A stretch of DNA of 64,000 nt. It comes from Gemmatimonadota bacterium. Its GTDB lineage: Bacteria; JBHIER01; G020348925. The stretch is from positions 4,293,688-4,357,687 of the forward strand of contig CP070758.1 of NCBI GenBank assembly GCA_020348925.1, read 5' to 3'. The notes under the pieces are model-generated. The model was given only the letters and a program-made list of their open reading frames with translations, ran no database searches and had not been told where the DNA came from. A program made the position numbers and the translations under genes. This document shows positions 62,095-64,000 of the stretch, in pieces; the first letter of the stretch is position 1; the number at the start of each line of letters is the position of its first letter.

Positions 62095-62444
62095 ATGCGG
62101 AACGAACCGGTTGTGAGATGTGATGATTAACCGACCATCTCAAAGAGAACTGACATTTGAGCCTGAACCATGGCGCTCTCCACAAACATACAAATATTTT
62201 CCTTCGGAGACAAGAATAGATTCCTCAGGGACAAAAGATTGCTTGATATTTCCCTTTCTTCAAGCTAATTTCTTTTCATGAATGGCAATCGTTTCTTATC
62301 CCTGGGTGTGGTTCCAGGGAGGTCAGAATATCGTCATAAGCGAATGACAGGCAAGGGCACTGACCTGAATCACCGCGCACTGTGTATCGGCAGGGAAACT
62401 CATTCTTGCCCAATAAACGGGACGGGAATTGATGGGAGGATGTC

Positions 62445-62915
62445 GTGGGCGCCTTGAAAATTATAGCATGCATAGTCATTTGCCAGTTTGTGGGATTTCT
62501 TGGCTCTTTCTTCACTGCTCCTGCCATACCAACCTGGTATGCCGCGTTGAACAAGCCTTCTTTCACCCCACCAAACTGGGTCTTCGGGCCGGTCTGGATT
62601 ACCCTATATTTAATGATGGGTATTTCGGCTTACCTGGTCTGGCGCTTGGGGCTTAATGAACCAGGTGTGAAAACGGCGTTGCTCCTGTTCGGGCTGCAGC
62701 TGGCTCTCAACGCACTGTGGTCTCCGGTCTTCTTCGGGCTGAAATCCCCCCTGGCAGGGGCGGCCGTAATCATTCTGCTTTGGATCGTTTTGCTGGCCAC
62801 CATCATGGTCTTTTTCAATCTGTCCAGAATATCAGCCATTCTGCTTATCCCCTATATTTTATGGGTAAGCTATGCTGCCGTTCTGAACATATCAATCATG
62901 ATCTTAAATTCATAG
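62445..62915 (+). CDS. tspO: TspO/MBR tryptophan-rich sensory protein
   Basis: Motifs WYAALNKPSFTPPNWVFGPVW, LNALWSPVFFG and PYILWVSYA. Confidence 0.93.
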   Translation: MGALKIIACIVICQFVGFLGSFFTAPAIPTWYAALNKPSFTPPNWVFGPVWITLYLMMGISAYLVWRLGLNEPGVKTALLLFGLQLALNALWSPVFFGLKSPLAGAAVIILLWIVLLATIMVFFNLSRISAILLIPYILWVSYAAVLNISIMILNS

Positions 62916-62933
62916 CCACTGGAGAGATACCAT

Positions 62934-63908
62934 ATGCGAACATTTGTGAAACCCAAGGTCGTCGTGAGCAAATGCCTCGAGTTCGATGCCTGCCGCTGGA
63001 ACGGAGCCATGATCTCGTCCGATGTGGTCCGGCTCCTGAAACCCCACGTGGATTTCACTCCGGTCTGTCCGGAAATGGAAATCGGGCTCGGGGTACCCAG
63101 AAAACCGATCCGCATCCTGTCCGTAAATGGCGAACTCTCGCTCATGCAGCACGAGACGGAAAAAGACGTGACTGAGGACATGGTGAGTTTTGGTGACGGG
63201 TTTCTCGGGTCAGTGGGTGCTGTGGACGGATTCATCCTGAAGTACCGATCCCCTTCGTGCGGGCTGAAGGACGTCATGTTCTATCCCAGCCTGGGAAAAT
63301 CGAGATCCATCGGTCGAGGGTGCGGTATTTTCGGGGGTGCCGTGCTGGAGCGGTTTCCCCTGCTGCCCATCGAGGACGAGGGGCGCTTGAGCAACTACCG
63401 GATCCGCGAGCACTTCCTGACGAAGCTGTTCGCCTTTGCCGATTTCCGGGAAGTGAAAAAGATCAGGAAAATGAAGGAGCTCGTGCGGTTCCAGACCCAC
63501 AACAAATTCATGCTCATGGCTTACAATCAGAAAGAGCTGAGGCTGATGGGTCGCATCGTCGCCAACCCGGAGAAGAAACCGATCGAGACGGTGCTGCGGG
63601 AATACGAGCAGCATCTGTCGAGCGCTTTTCTGAAAATACCGAGATACACGTCCCACATCAATGTACTCATGCACGCCCTGGGATATTTTTCCGATGCACT
63701 CTCTGCCAAGGAAAAAGCGTTCTTCCTCGATTCCCTCGAACAATACCGCAACGAAAAGATCCCGTTGAGCGTGCCGGTGAATATCGCCCAATCGTGGATC
63801 GTCCGTTTCGAAAACGAATACCTCTCGAACGAGACCTTCTTCGAACCGTACCCCCAGGACCTCGTCGAAATCACCGATTCGGGCAAGGGCAGGAAATTGA
63901 AGGGCTGA
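62934..63908 (+). CDS. YbgA-family protein (DUF523/2-thiouracil desulfurase-like + DUF1722)
   Basis: Motifs VSKCL...CRWNG, VCPEMEIGLGVPR, SPSCG, EDEGRL and NVLMHALGYF. Confidence 0.9.
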   Translation: MRTFVKPKVVVSKCLEFDACRWNGAMISSDVVRLLKPHVDFTPVCPEMEIGLGVPRKPIRILSVNGELSLMQHETEKDVTEDMVSFGDGFLGSVGAVDGFILKYRSPSCGLKDVMFYPSLGKSRSIGRGCGIFGGAVLERFPLLPIEDEGRLSNYRIREHFLTKLFAFADFREVKKIRKMKELVRFQTHNKFMLMAYNQKELRLMGRIVANPEKKPIETVLREYEQHLSSAFLKIPRYTSHINVLMHALGYFSDALSAKEKAFFLDSLEQYRNEKIPLSVPVNIAQSWIVRFENEYLSNETFFEPYPQDLVEITDSGKGRKLKG

Positions 63909-63919
63909 AACAGGACCTT

Positions 63920-64000
63920 ATGGTTACGAATACGAATACAATCGGGACTGTTCTCGTAACCGGCGCCACAGGGTACATCGGCGGTCGTCTCGTTCCCCGC
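63920..64000 (+). CDS. 5' end of an SDR/NAD(P)H-binding oxidoreductase (YbjT-like), runs off the window
   Basis: MVTNTNTIGTVLVTGATGYIGGRLVPR Rossmann motif. Confidence 0.75.
   Translation, partial: MVTNTNTIGTVLVTGATGYIGGRLVPR

Overview
This 64 kb bacterial scaffold has two 100-N gaps (15316-15415, 36820-36919), so linkage across them is unproven. I infer an FCB-group-like Gram-negative organism (e.g. KSB1/Latescibacterota-like) from the T9SS-A/FlgD-type C-terminal domains, a TonB-dependent receptor, TolC and a short RpoD-family sigma factor. The main feature is an apparent cohesin-dockerin assembly system whose dockerin cargo is not recognisably carbohydrate-active. It has three parts. (i) An operon encodes a 1241-aa scaffoldin-like protein with about 6 cohesin-like repeats, plus two adaptors of 3 cohesins + 1 dockerin each (40471-47270). 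(ii) A tandem array of four secreted proteins shares a PKD-LamG-(TSP3-dockerin-helix-CTD) tail but carries different heads: two FG-GAP propellers, an Ntn-hydrolase and a transglutaminase (4027-15315). (iii) A repeat protein carries both a dockerin and a cohesin (34385-36819). Also present are a tripartite RND efflux system, a secreted beta-helix protein behind Pho-box-like repeats, TerB/DUF6599/DUF362/TonB receptor genes, pdxB, Usp and EndoQ. A hsp20-dnaK-sigma70-fmdB-clpB operon sits behind a consensus sigma54 promoter, and a stress cluster (photolyase-like, TspO, YbgA, SDR) closes the window. Intergenic DNA holds REP-like palindromes, a MITE-like element, gene stubs (RAYT-like, Ser/Thr kinase, CHAT) and a twice-occurring ~300-bp non-coding element with attC-like borders. 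I saw no rRNA, tRNA or CRISPR array. All domain calls come from motif recognition by eye, not from database searches.
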